This document shows, piece by piece, positions 37,416 through 50,285 of a stretch of 64,000 nt of DNA. Position numbers and translations under genes: made by a program. This DNA is from the human T2T-CHM13v2.0 reference genome, Homo sapiens, in the NCBI RefSeq assembly GCF_009914755.1, contig NC_060931.1; one strand, given 5' to 3'. The notes beneath the pieces were generated by a model. That model saw only the letters and a program-made list of their open reading frames with translations. It was not told the DNA's origin and did no database searches. The first letter of the stretch is position 1. Each line of letters begins with the position of its first letter.

Positions 37416-38899
37416 CTACAGGAAAGTGGTTAACAATGAACAGTTTGATAGATTCCATTGAGACTTTTGCCTTTAGTCTTATGTTCACGCATGTATTCAT
37501 CCACAGGAAGACAAAGAAAAGATGGACGAGAGAATGAGAACTGGGCAGGAAGGAAGTGAGCTAGTGAAGGTCACAGAGAGAGGAGTGAGAACCATGGAGA
37601 CCCTTCTGACCTCTCACTTTTGCCTGGGACCCCAGGACCAATCCTGTGTTATTTTGGATGCTTCCTGCAAAGAAAAGCCAAGATTTCATGAGGATGGAAG
37701 CAGAGTACAATGTTCTGGCCTTTAGTGGATTCCCTGTTTTTTCAGACAGGAGAAATGACAAACAAAGGCAAGGAAATGAAATGATCGCACAATCTGTGCA
37801 GGAGGGTTTTCTTTTTTCCTACTTGAATCACCCCAGCTAGGTGGAGACAAGAGAAATCTGCCCAAGCACAATCAGACAGATATGGCCCCTGCAAAGCAGA
37901 CCCAGTCGCACTGGGCAATGAAGCGAGTGCACTCCCTGGACAGGGAGGAAGTGCACCCACGGGAGCAGGGAGGAAGTGCACCCAGGGGAGCAGGGCCCTG
38001 CCTGGCAGCCGCGTGGCTTGCTCCCTCCACCCCACTCCCCACTCCCTGTATTTTGTAGTGTGTTAGGTCGTTGCCCTTTAAACTGTCTTTCTCCGACACA
38101 AGTGCCTTCTGTCCCTTGTCTACCAAGCATATTTATATGAATAATGCAGGCCAAATATAGAGGTGGCATAACATTCTTAAACGTGGTCATTTGCTGATGG
38201 CAACATGAGTCTGAGCCAGACAATTGCCCTCCAGTGTATTTCACAAGCCTGCAGGGAGCACCTGCTGGAGAAGGGGCAGTTGGCCAGCTGCTGCGAGACG
38301 GGGGGAGGGAGGGAAAGAATCAGCGAGGGGTGGTTGCCAGACTCACTGTCCCAGGAGGACACACATATGTAAGAATCTCCAGCTAAAGCAATCTTTAAAA
38401 CATTTTGTTAGGTATCAGGGTACACAGGAAGTGCTGTGGGATCTATTTTGGTTCCAGGAAATGGGGGATGGCTTCACGAAAAACCAAAGGACATGGTGTT
38501 TCAGTTGGCCCCTGAACCACACGTCCTCCTGATACATCATAGAGGCAATCCCACAGAGACACAAAGTCAGGAGAACATGTGGCAGTTTTGGAGAGGGTGC
38601 TTGTAGAAGAAGTGGAGAGACAGGTAGCAGAAGGCTGGGAGGAGGGATGGGGTGGGCCCCTGGAAAGGTGAAGGCCCCAGATCGGAGGCAGAGGCTTCTC
38701 AGAGCGTGACTTTCAGAAGTTTGCTGCTGGGTGATACCTGGTCGTCACTTTGTGGCTGTAGATACTGGGTCCTCAATATTCACATGTAAGACAGACACCA
38801 CATTCCTTACGTCCCTCTTATCACCTAGCCTAGCTCCAAATACCTACACACTTGACTTCTCTGAAAGAAAAAATGTTCAAGGAGGATTCTGTAACCTGT

Positions 38900-39087
38900 T
38901 GTTTCCCTAATATTTTGCTTCTGTATGGATGTTCCAACAGATTTCACCCGGTGGCATTTCCACTCATCTGTATGGGAGAGCCCTCTGTATATGCGGGACT
39001 CCCCTTCCTCTTCCTTCAATTCTGTATTTTCAATATGCATTGGGTGGACCCTTGCAGTTCAGGCCCATATTGTTCGAGGCGCAACTG
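38900..39087. mobile_element. Tigger2/MER8-like TcMar DNA transposon fragment
   Basis: gtggacccttgcagttcaggcccatattgttcgaggcgcaactg resembles the Tigger2/MER8 terminal sequence. Confidence 0.7.
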
Positions 39088-39289
39088 TGTTTCATGAGGA
39101 GCAGGGTGGGAACTTGCGAAGATCAGCTGCACCGTTAGCCAAACCGCTGTCTGCGATGCCCCAGCTGCAGAGCCAGGCCCCCTACTCCACCTCCGTAGCT
39201 GGCACCCTCCTTGCTCCGCAGGGATGTAAACACTGACACATTCACTCTCCATTTCAATGTGACAAAATCCTATAAACCTACCAGTGTAA

Positions 39290-39812
39290 GACAATGCAAA
39301 TGCATTATCTTCCAGTTCCAGTGGGTCAGAAGTCCAGGCTCAGCTTAATCGGACTCACAGCTCAGGGACCCATGAGTTTGGCTGGGCTATATTTCTTTCT
39401 TGGGCTTAGAGTCCTCCTCCAAGCTCAGTGGCTGTTAGAACTCAGGGCCCTGTGGTGGTAGGACTCGGGTCTTTCTTTCCTTTTAGCTCTCAGCTAGAGG
39501 CACCTGCAGTTCTTTACATGTGGCCCCCAGGCAGTTCATGACAAGGAGGTCTGCTTTCCTAGAGGCCATCCAAAGTCTCTCTAGCCGCCTCCTCTGTGAC
39601 TAGCTGTAGGGGTCTTTCTAAAAGCAAGGCTCATGTGTTTAAATAGGCCCACCCAGATTATCTCCCCATTTGAATGGCAACTGATCCAGGACCTTAATTA
39701 TAACCAAATCCCATTGCAGCAGCACTGAAATCAGTGCTTGAGTAAACAACTGGCAGATGGTGTGTAGGCGCCAGGGCCAAGTGAGCATTTTGGGAGGCAT
39801 CTTAGAATTGTG
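39290..39812 (-). mobile_element. MLT1-family MaLR LTR fossil
   Basis: cagttccagtgggtcagaagtccagg..aagctcagtggctgtt..aggctcatgtg..aggcccaccc..gggaggcatcttagaatt. Confidence 0.7.
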
Positions 39813-39843
39813 CCCAGCAGAACTGGTGACTGCATCAGCCTAA

Positions 39844-40191
39844 GTGGATTAGTCTGCTTGGCTGCCATAACTGGGAGTCTTAACAGAAATTTAACTTCTC
39901 ACAGTTCTGGGGCCTGGAAATCCAAGGTCAAGGTGCTGGAGGGGTTGTTTTCTGGTGAGGGCTCTCTTCCCGGTTTGCAGACAGCCTTCTCCTCACCATG
40001 TCTTCACAGGGCAGAGAGAGCAAGCTCCGCTGTCTCTTCCTCTTCTTATAAGGATGTCAGTTTTGTTGGATTAGGGCCCCATCCTTATGACATCATTTAA
40101 CCCTAAAAAAAACGCCTTATCTTCAAATACAGTCAGACTGGAGGTGAGGGCTAAAACAAGGATTTTGAGAAGGACACAATTCACTTCATAA
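39844..40191 (-). mobile_element. MLT1A-type MaLR LTR
   Basis: ttagtctgcttggctgccataac..cacagttctggggcctggaaatccaaggtcaaggtg..ggattagggcccca..ggacacaattc. Confidence 0.85.
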
Positions 40192-40379
40192 AGGTATGAT
40201 GCTCAACTTTGCCATTCTTCTAAATCTTTCTATTCTGAACATTGAATGACTCTCCCCCCATTTCATTGACTCTTACTGTAAATGGCATTGTCATAGTTTT
40301 AGGAAAGATGGTTTCTAAGCCACTGCTCTATTTTAGCTTGAATATGCAGATGAATAACTGAATTTACAGAGATCCCAAA

Positions 40380-41350
40380 TTGTTCAGGTCTAAAATTATA
40401 ATTGAAAAGATTGGTAAATTTGGCTAAATAAAACGGAAAGATTTTTATATGCCACAAAATACCATAAATCAAATTAAAGCTCAGAGTATGGGGGGGATGA
40501 GATTACAACACACAGAAAAGAAAGAGATGTAGATAAGTAAATGAATAAATGAATAAATGAGTGAATTAATGAATAAGTTATTAACTTGCAAAGCATTAGG
40601 AGAAATCATACCAAATACCAGGGCTAAATGAACATAAAGAGGCAAGAGAAAAAGGTCAATAAACATGAAAAAAATTCAACCTTACTAAGTAATCAAAAAA
40701 TGCAAATTAGTAGAGTCTACCATCTATTAGGTTGGCAACAATTAAAAAGAATGATAAAGCCTTGTGTTGAGAATGTCTGATTAGAACAGATTCCCTCATA
40801 TACTGCTGGTGAGAATATAAACTGATATAAATTTTCTAAAAGATAATTCTCCAACACACCTCATATGTATTAAAAATATATACTTCTGACCTATTAATTT
40901 AATTTGTGAAAAATCTTATCCTAAGGAAATTATTTAATGAATGTACAAAGATATATGTACGAAAAACGGCACAAAGGTATATGTGCTATTGCATATAATT
41001 GGAGACTATCTAGTAGCTAAATCTGTGAAGCTATAGCCCAAGAAATGAATGCCAAGCAGCCATTAAGACAAGATAAATGTGTAGTTAGAGACATAAAACA
41101 TGCTCATCATTTATTTCTATGCAAAGCAGCAGGTTACAGAATAAAGTCACACCATTTTGTAAAGAAAAGTATTTGTATGCATAAATGTAGTTAAATAAAC
41201 ATAGAGCTAAGTTGGACTACAGATGCCTAGGAAATCCCAGAAAGAATTTTGCCAACTTGTTAACAGTGATTCTGTTTGGGTGATTAGAGTATAGGTCACT
41301 TTTGTATTTCCCTTTTGTTTGTTTACCTGTAATTTACATGATAACCTGAA
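40380..41350 (+). mobile_element. Old L1 (L1ME-type) 3' remnant
   Basis: aaacatgaaaaaaattcaaccttactaagtaatcaaaaaatgcaaatt; ctcatatactgctggtgagaatataaactg; ctaaggaaatt. Confidence 0.75.
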
Positions 41351-43289
41351 TTTCATATTTTCTTCATTAAACATCCATTGCTCATTTTAAAATGATATGC
41401 TGAACTGTTTAGAAACTTATCTGAAAGTTAAGGTTACATCCCCCAGTTATATTCACTCAAAGACTTTCAAATCTACTGCAGATGATAATTCATGATTTGT
41501 TTACTGCAATTCACCTCCTTCAAAGACCAAGCAGTCCCCATGTTAGAACTTTCAGGATTGGGAACGGTCAGAAAAGACTTATCTGGCAATCCGCAAAACA
41601 CTCCGTCTTCGTTGCCTTTTTATTCTGAATATGGCAGACTCTTTTCCTCTCTCTCCTTTCAGGACTCATAATACAACCTCTACACACAGGAAGCAGCCCT
41701 TGAATAACCTGTAATCCTAAAAACCTACTGATATTAGACTAGGAGTGATCTCTAAATCCTAGGCAACTTCTCCTCAGATTTCTAACATCCTTTGGTATCT
41801 TACTAGTATTTAGCATAGGAAACTAACAAGGAATACATGGCAGGGAGTCATCTGATGTTGGAACAATCCGCTTTGGCATATGGAAGACTGTGAAGGTGTG
41901 TCCAATTCTGAACTTCATTTATGGCTGACAATTGAGTAGATGCTCTGATGCTACCATGCCGAGAGCAGATCCTTTTTAGAGACAACTCTGTTTTTCCCCA
42001 TACGCTGAAGTTTTTATGTAATTTTTGTTTTCCCATCTTGTTCCTTTTTTTTGGTAAAAGTGAGTAGAAAAATGCAAAAATGAAAGTAGTGATTACAATG
42101 ATAAGGTCATATTAATTTAATTTTCATGGTTTTATTAATAATGTGAATAGGCAGAGCTAAAAGAAGAATCACAATGAAAGTCCATGTGACATTAATCAAC
42201 TGTATAATCATTTGAGTAGAAAAAGAACAGAACTAAGTAACATGTATAAACATTGAAAATATATTGATGAAAACTGTATCTTAAAGATAGGATGCAATGA
42301 ATAAATGGTTTGATACTTTGTAGCTTTCAGAATCCCCTGCCCCCAACCTAACAAAAAAGTTGTATATTGCCTTCACATTCCACTTCTGCACATATTTGGG
42401 GGGACATATTATAAACAGTAAACATGGAACTGTGTTTATTTATATTTGTGTTCACTGTATATCTGCCCATTGATTTATATATTCAGTTTGGAAACCCAAA
42501 TCTCAAACCAAATACATTATCCAATGCCAACTATATTCCAGTTTCTTATTCAATATTTGGCACGTTGTGTTAATTTCACTTAAATTCAAATATTTGCCCA
42601 CTTATATTCTCGCATTTAAATTAAAATCTCTATCACTTATTTAAGCCACTTAACTGAGTATGTGTGGAATGAATTAAGGATAAGGTCATTATCAATGTAT
42701 CTCGTGGTCCTCTTTGTACTTTTCCTGGGAGTACGATATCTTTCAATTCTAAGCCACTAATAGAAAGTGTATTCTGAATAGGGGATGCCTAATTAATTGC
42801 ATAAACTTTAGCTAGAATCCTTCAACATCTCCATCCGGGTTTTAAGGTTTAGCTCCTTTTGATTGGTCCTGCTGCAAGCAAGGAACTAGCATTAACTGAA
42901 GGGCAGTAAATCATATTCAAATGTATTTTTAACATAAGCAAATTGATCATTAAATCCAGGTATACACTAATTTCTCTGGTTCCTCAGTGATCTTCAGCTA
43001 CACTTCCTTCCTGACTGTACTGACCAAGATTGCCACAAATGTGGGCCTCTTTGCTGTGGACATAAAGTATAAGTCATTTACTTGAAATGAGCTCCAACAG
43101 AAATGCATGCTAGGTAAAACTGTAACTGCTTCTCCAGTTAGTACCACCATCTGCATGAGCTGCGTGGGGGCCTCTGCCCTTCAAGTTTAAAAAGGTCCCT
43201 TCTAACAGAAGCAGAAGAAATGGAAATGTTGCAAAGTACCTAATGGGACCAAAGGAATTTAGGAACAGGCATCACCTGCATCGACTGGC

Positions 43290-43430
43290 TGATTAACTGA
43301 TTAATTGATTAATTGATTGATTTGTTCATTCAAATGGTATGTACTGAGCAGCTACTACATGCCAAGCACAATGCAAGGTGATCAGATATAGCAGTAAACA
43401 AGACAGAACTGAAACCCTGATGTTTTCAGC
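43290..43430 (-). mobile_element. L2 3' end
   Basis: ttcattcaaatggtatgtactgagcagctactacatgccaagcac..gtaaacaagacaga. Confidence 0.75.
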
Positions 43431-44223
43431 AGCTCAGAAAGCAAGGCATCCCCTTCACTGCCTCCACCTGTGCAGTGATGGGAGTCGCAGTGAGGAGGGG
43501 CGGGGAAAAGAGTCGTAAGGTGCATACGGTGTTTTTGCAACAAGCTGTATTTTCTTAACTGAAAAGTTTAATGAAATTTTAATTTGCCAGAAGGCAACAA
43601 GCTGACTTCTTCAATATGGTAAGAAGAGAAACTATTAATTATGGCTTTCTAAAATTGAATATCCTTGTACACAAGCTGAAGCCAACAGTAGCCCACACAC
43701 CCATGCTCCTCCAAACGTGAGAGCTTATCTCTGGGCAGCTCTTCAATGTCCATACATGATGCCTTCATACCTGCTCACTGAACCCAGCAGGTAAGCAGAC
43801 TCAGCTTCTCACAAAGACAGTCGACAAGGACAAAAGACAAAATGGTCCCCAACTCACCCTGGGATTAACAGAAAATTTATAGACTTCTACATAGAAAAGA
43901 CTTTGGAGATTACTTAGTGGGGTCAATCCATAATTTGATATACGGAAACCTGAGAACCAGAAGGTCGCTGAGCTGCAAGCATTTTATTTATGTATTAACT
44001 GATTTATTTATATCCTCCCTACTTCCAAAAAGGTTTTGAGGCAATTCGCCAAGCATTGTGGTTAATCACTGTGTTATTATTAGAAATGAGGCTTTTCTTA
44101 AAAAAATTTTTGAGTGTTTCTAAAACTCTAAGGATTTAGATCATGTTAGGTATATAATTCAGGTTATTGTGTATAGACTAGCTCTATAATAAGCTGAATC
44201 CTCCTTGTACTTTAAAGGATTCC

Positions 44224-44390
44224 TGGCTGGGTGCAGTGTTTCACGCCTGTAATCCCAGCAGTTTGGGAAGCTGAGGTGGGAGGATCACTTGAGTCCAGGA
44301 GTTCGAGACCAACCTGGGCAACATAGTGAGACCTCATCTCTCTTTTTAATATAAAAAAAGTAAATAAACAAACAAACAAACCCCAAAACC
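44224..44390 (+). mobile_element. FLAM / Alu left monomer
   Basis: Single monomer ggctgggtgcagtg..gacctcatctc, A-rich tail, TSD a(a/t)ggattcct. Confidence 0.88.
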
Positions 44391-45249
44391 AAAATGGATT
44401 CCTAAGAGAAGCTCCATGGTTTTCTATCAGGCAAGTGGCATGAACTATACTATAGTGAAGTGTTACCCATGTTTACATGTTTATTTGTGGTAATCCATCA
44501 GAGTAAACTTGGTGTGAATAAAATCAATTATTTGGGGACATTTGCTGTGTCTTTCATAATGTATGGATTGGTGTTTGCAAACAGAACCATGGTTGTTTAA
44601 TCAGATATGGCCCTTTTCTTCACATAAATATGGAGCTCTCTGGTTGGAGTAGGTTAGGCATACATGTAGGCTTGGATTTGGAGTGAGCTCCTTGAGTGCA
44701 CATTTAAAATCATGAAAGAGCGATGTAGGGGTTGGATAGAAGCAGGAGTCCCAAGATATCACGACCAGTGAGCAGCTACCCCCATCAGACCTAATTCATA
44801 TATTGGAGGATCTGATGGATATCTTCCCACGGGCTACTCCTTGATGCTTTAAATTTTGTGGGGCACTTTGTCACTGCTTGCCGCTAGAACTCAAGAGAAG
44901 GAATCTTTATCTGTTTCTCCTTTCCCAAGGGCAATGCCATTATTTCTGTCTCTCATACAGACTGGCTGTGAGAGCTGCATAAAGGGCCATGTGTTGCTGG
45001 AGGGAAGAAAGAAATGCAAAAGAGACTTCTTAGTTGTTGTGGTCCAGCATGAATAGCGCATGGAATCATGGGCATGAAGTGGGAAGATAGCTGGAAGGTG
45101 GATGGTACAACTGATGGGGTAAAAAGTAGTCAAGAGATCAAATGCATTTCACCGGACTTCTTAGGCTATGAGGGACCAAGAAGTCATTCAGAAGGTGTGG
45201 TGCCCTCCGCACAGGAAGCAGACACTCGGCCACCTTCTCCCTGACCCAC

Positions 45250-45782
45250 TGCGATGGCTAATTTCATTAACCAATGTCAACTTGCCAGGATTAAGGGATT
45301 CCCAGATAGCTGGTAAAGCATTATTTTGGGTGTGTCTATGAGGATGTTTCCAGAAGAGACTGGCATTAGAATCACTTTAAGGTCCTGGATAGAATAAAAA
45401 GGCAGAGGAAAGGTGAATTTGCCCTCTCCTTCCCATTCTCCTGGAGCTAGGGTACCCTTCTTCTCTTGCTCTTGGACATCAGAACTCCAGGCTCTCTGGC
45501 TTTTGGACTCTGAGACTTGCACCAGTGGCACCCCAGGTTCTTAGGACTTTGGCCTTGGACTGAAAGTTACACCTTCAGGTTCCCTGGTTCTGAGGCTTCC
45601 AGAGTTGAACTGAGCCACACTGCCAGCTTCCCCCATTCTATAGCTTGCAGATGGCCTGCATGCGACTCAGCCTCCATAAGCGTATGAGACAACTCCTCTG
45701 ATAAATCCCCTCTTATATATCTGTATCTGTCTATATCTACCTTCTATTGGTTCTGTTCCTCTGGAGAACCCTGACTTGTACA
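45250..45782 (+). mobile_element. MLT2 (ERVL) solo LTR
   Basis: tgcgatggctaattt..tgtcaacttg..cccagatagctggtaaagcattatt..cctctggagaaccctgacttgtaca with TG...CA ends. Confidence 0.9.
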
Positions 45783-48700
45783 CCTCCTGCTTGAGGACCT
45801 CCTCTGAGTCTGGCCACACCTGCTTCCTCTGCTCTTAGAGAAGAGAGCCGCATAAATGGATTCACAGTAATTCAGGTTTCCACTGTGTGACAGGAGGTAT
45901 TTAGGGTTTGGGTGTTTCTCCAGCAACCGACATGTTTCCTTGTCAGGCCTGAGTTGATAAGGCAGATGCTAAGTACCAGGAGGCTTCACTTTGGTCATCT
46001 GATGGCCTGAATGTTCTTTGTGTTGAACTAGGTTCACATTGATGGTTGTCTTGTCCAATTAATATTTCTTTAATAAACCAATCAATTTAGAAAAGTAATT
46101 GCTCAAGCTCACTGTTGGGCAAGAGAAGTCTTCCCCAAAGCCCATGGGGACACCTCTTTCCAGCCTTTGTTATTTCACCTAGGAGGTCACAGGTCTAGCC
46201 TATGACAGTACCAGTTTCATGATGGGTCCAATATGCTCCTGCCTACACAGAATAAATATTGAGTCTCACAACCAAAGAGTTCCAGTGACGATCTTGATCC
46301 ACCATAGCCAAGTTAAAGAGACTGGGTTTGCTCCTTCCCTGTGGATCTGAGCTTTCCATTTGAGCTGTTCTTGAGCAGAATTAGTCTCTATCCAAGTCTA
46401 TTACAGAGTTACCTGCCTGATCCCAGCATTCCTCAAGCTTTGAGCATCTGGAGATTTTCCAAATAATGTCTTCATCCCAGAAAGCATCTTCAATGCCATA
46501 ATCAAGCATTCTCTAATTTGCTATTTCCATTCAGTTGAATTAAGTGCCTACTTTACATAAATAGTACTAGTTCCTTCTGGAGAAGTGTGTTTATTGGCAC
46601 CATACACGTAAAACATCTTGGCTGTGTCTCATAAAAAGCCTTGATTGGTGTGTATGTAAGCTTTTAATGAACGTCTGAGAGAGTAAATGAAGCAGTCAAG
46701 TCCACATATTTTCTGTTCATAAAAACACCTCGTTTGCAAAGAAGAGGTATGATTCAGAGGAAGCAGACTGGGAGCAGAAGCCAAGTTGGCATCTTAGGAA
46801 CACTGGTCTATGTTTTTCTGGAGAAACACCCTAGGGTTGGATAGACCCAACCCTGACCCCAGGAATTGTGTCAGCTAAGGCCTCTGAGGCAACACCAGAA
46901 CATCAGTGTATTCTTATGAGTTGAGGCAAGGGTGGCCCCATACTTCTGGAGGAAGAAGCCACATTGATTTTGCATCCCTGCATACCACAGTCATTTCCCA
47001 TGTAAATCACCAACAGCCATCCACCTGATGCATGTTGGCTCGGTGCCCTGTGAGAGGAGAAGTGGAGGTCATGGCAGCTGATCATGATCATTCCCTGAGC
47101 ACTTTCTTCAGCAGGGAAGATGTGTGTTAATCCAAGGGGCTTGGGCCCTTTTCAATTTGGATAATTAGCTCGCCCCCCCCCCACAATCTCCTCCTGCTGC
47201 TTCCTCCCCTCAGCATTGTTCTCCTTTGTCAGAGGCACCACAGACCCTTGGCACAGAACCTGACACCAGCCTGCTCTGCAATGTGTGTATTAATATTTCT
47301 CACTGTAACCCTGTCTTCACAGATTCCAATTCTTTATAGAAATACCATTTTTCAACCCCATACATGGTGTATGGGGGGAAGACATTTACTGGAAGATTGC
47401 ACATGTCTGTGATTCTGCTTTTGTGTTATCTCTCTAGAGAAGGTGACTCAAATGGTCTAACTGTATTGTAAAGAGAAAGGCATGTACAGGCAGTGGAGAA
47501 ACAGATGGATTTTGACTGGGAAGAGGGCTGGTTTCCAGCAGGGACTTCACTCATAAAATAATTACACAGGGGGATGCAGAGAGGTGGCCCCAAACTAGAC
47601 ATGCCAGAGGCAGATGTGGCTGAGTTTAGATGGTTGTCATAAAAGAAGTCCTAAGAAACATCCTCAACGGGGTAGAAAGGTTTTATGGTCATTTATCTAC
47701 CCTAATAGAAAATTTCTGGGATTATAAGGAACTAACAAAAAGGTACAGGGAAGGGCTTCATAAGAATGTCCCCCTAAAGTTCTCTTCCCAGGTCATGGCA
47801 GTGTGTTGAGCGGACATACACTGTGGTAAGACAGGGTGGTTCTCCCAACCCTATCTATAGGTAAAGTGCATTTTCACTGAGCACACAGTCCTACAATTGG
47901 ACTATACTATAATTTTTAAAGACTGAATTTTTATGGACCACACTCACCAGCTGGAACAATATTGCACTTGCAGCCATTTCTGCAAATATCCTTCTATCAG
48001 GCATATGTTTGTAGATTAATGTTTTCCAGAACTCTACCTAAATTATCAATCTGACATAAGTCTTCTTTTCAGAGGGTCTCAAGGTTCTATTATTAACCTT
48101 TTAGTGTTCTTTATCTTCCTAAAGAAAACTGTCTTTGAGGTATTATGATCAAGATCTCTAAAAGCAATTCTCTGGGTCTGAAGTGCCTGAGTAATAAGGA
48201 AGAAGATATGTGTTTATGTGCTTGTGAGAGCATTTTGAAAAGATTTTAGGAGTTTCGCAAGTGATGTGTGTCTGAAAATGTACTGACAACAGAACACAAA
48301 AATACGGCTTACCAGGGTAAATGAAATGCACCGCGCACCTTTTCAAAAATCTGGAATAAAGATTCTGTGGTTCTCCTGTAAAAAAATGCATACTACAAAC
48401 AACCCAAGCCCACTTTTAAATTTAATTATGTCTCCTAGGGAGAGGAAGCCCAACTGTAATACATCCTTTCAGTTAGGGAACATTTGGGAACACCAGGGAA
48501 GGCTGACCCTGGAGATACCACAAAGAACAAGGCTGACTTGGTTCCGTCATTTTGGAAGCCACCATCTACCAATGACAGTCTTGGAGTCGACTGTCATTAA
48601 ACAACAATCCTTCTATGTAAGTGCCACCAAGAAAAAACACAGGTCCCAGTGAAAGCACTGCACAGGGAGGCCAGTGGTATTTAGGAAGAAATCTATGGAT

Positions 48701-48819
48701 GAACTGGCATTGGAGAAACACGAGAGAGGTAGGTCTCAGAAAGCAACATCTTCCAGAGTTCTGGGGTGGTAAAGAATCATGTGCAAGAATCCCAAGAGCA
48801 AGAGTGATTATGCAGGTGA

Positions 48820-50285
48820 GAATGCACACAGCAAGTGTGGACTTAGAGAAAGTACACAGAGAGGAAGTGTGTGCTCACAGGAAGTGTATAGAGGAAGTGT
48901 GGGCTCACAGGAAGTGTATACTCATAGGAAGTGTACACTCACAGAAAGTGTGGGCTCACAGGAAGTGCACTGAGAGAAAGTGGTACTCACAGGAAGTGCA
49001 CTGAGAGGAAGCATGGGCTCACAGAAAGTGTATACTCACAGGAAGTGTACAGTCACAGGAAGTGTACAGTCACAGGAAGTGCACAGATAGGAAGTGTGTG
49101 CTCAGAATAAGTGCACAGAGAGAAAGTGGTGCTACAGGAAGTGCACAGAGAGGAACTGTGTGCTCACAGGAATTGCACAGAGGAAGGGGGGCTCATGGGA
49201 AGTGTATACTCACAGGAAGTGTATATCATAGTAAGTGTGGGCTCACAGGAATTGCACAGAGAGGAAGTATGTGTTTAGAGGAAGTGCACAGAAAGTGTAT
49301 GCTCACAGGAAGTTTACAGATAGGAAGTGTATGCTCACAGGAAGTGCACAGGTAGGAAGTGTATGCTCACAGGAAGTACACAGATAGGAAATGTGGGCTC
49401 ACGGGAAGCATGCTCTCTTAGGAAGTGCATAGATAGGAAGTGTATGCTCAAAGGAAGTGCACAGATAGGAAGTGTGGCCTCATAGGAAGTGTGAGCTCAC
49501 AGGAAGTGTGGGCTTACAGGAAGTGCATAGATAAGAAGTGTGTGCTCACAGGAAGTATACCATCAGAGGAAATGTGGGCTCACAGGAAGTATACACATAG
49601 GATCTATGGGCTCATAGAAGTATAAATTCACAAGAAGTGTAGGCTTACAGGAAGTGCACAGATAGGAAGTGTGTGCTCAGAGGAAGTGTACACTCACAAT
49701 GTGGGCTCAAAGGAAGTGTACACATAGGAAGTGTGGGCTCACAGGAGGTAAACACATAGGAAATATGGGCTCATAGGAAGTATACACTCACTGGAAGTAT
49801 ACACAGAGGAAGTATGGGCTCACAGGAGGTAAGCACATAGGAAATATGGGCTCATAGGAAGTATACACTCACTGGAAGTATACACAGAGGAAGTATGGGC
49901 TCACAGGAAGTGTTCACTCACAGGAAGTGTTCACTCACAGGAAGGGTGTGCTCACCGGAAGTGTACACTCACAGGAAGTGTGGGTTCACAGGAAGTGAGA
50001 GCTCACAGGAAGTGTAAACTCACAGGAAGTATACACTCACAGGACATGTAAGCTCACAGGAAGTGTATGCTCACAGGAAATGTATGATCACAGGATGTAT
50101 ACACTTATAGGAAGTGTACACTCACAAGAAGTGTGAGCTCACAGGAAATGTGGGCTCATAGGAGGTGTTCACTCACAAGAAGTGTAAGCTCATGGGAAGT
50201 GTAAGCTCACAGGAAGTGTACGCTCAAAGGAAGTATACACTTACAGGAAGTGTATGCTCACAGGAAGTGTGGGCTCAGAGGAAGC
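48820..50285 (+). repeat. ~15/17-bp minisatellite built on an ACAGGAAGTG (ETS) core, ~85-90 units
   Basis: Units ctcacaggaagtgt(ggg/ata/aca) and (g/t)aggaagtgcacaga. About 55 exact GGAAGT counted by eye, all on the + strand. Confidence 0.96.

Noticed and set aside
48621-49625. Cys/His/Lys-rich ORFs (HRKC repeats) resembling zinc-finger or metallothionein proteins
   Set aside because: They are direct translations of the cacaggaagtgt repeat, with no C2H2 spacing and frequent stops and frame changes.
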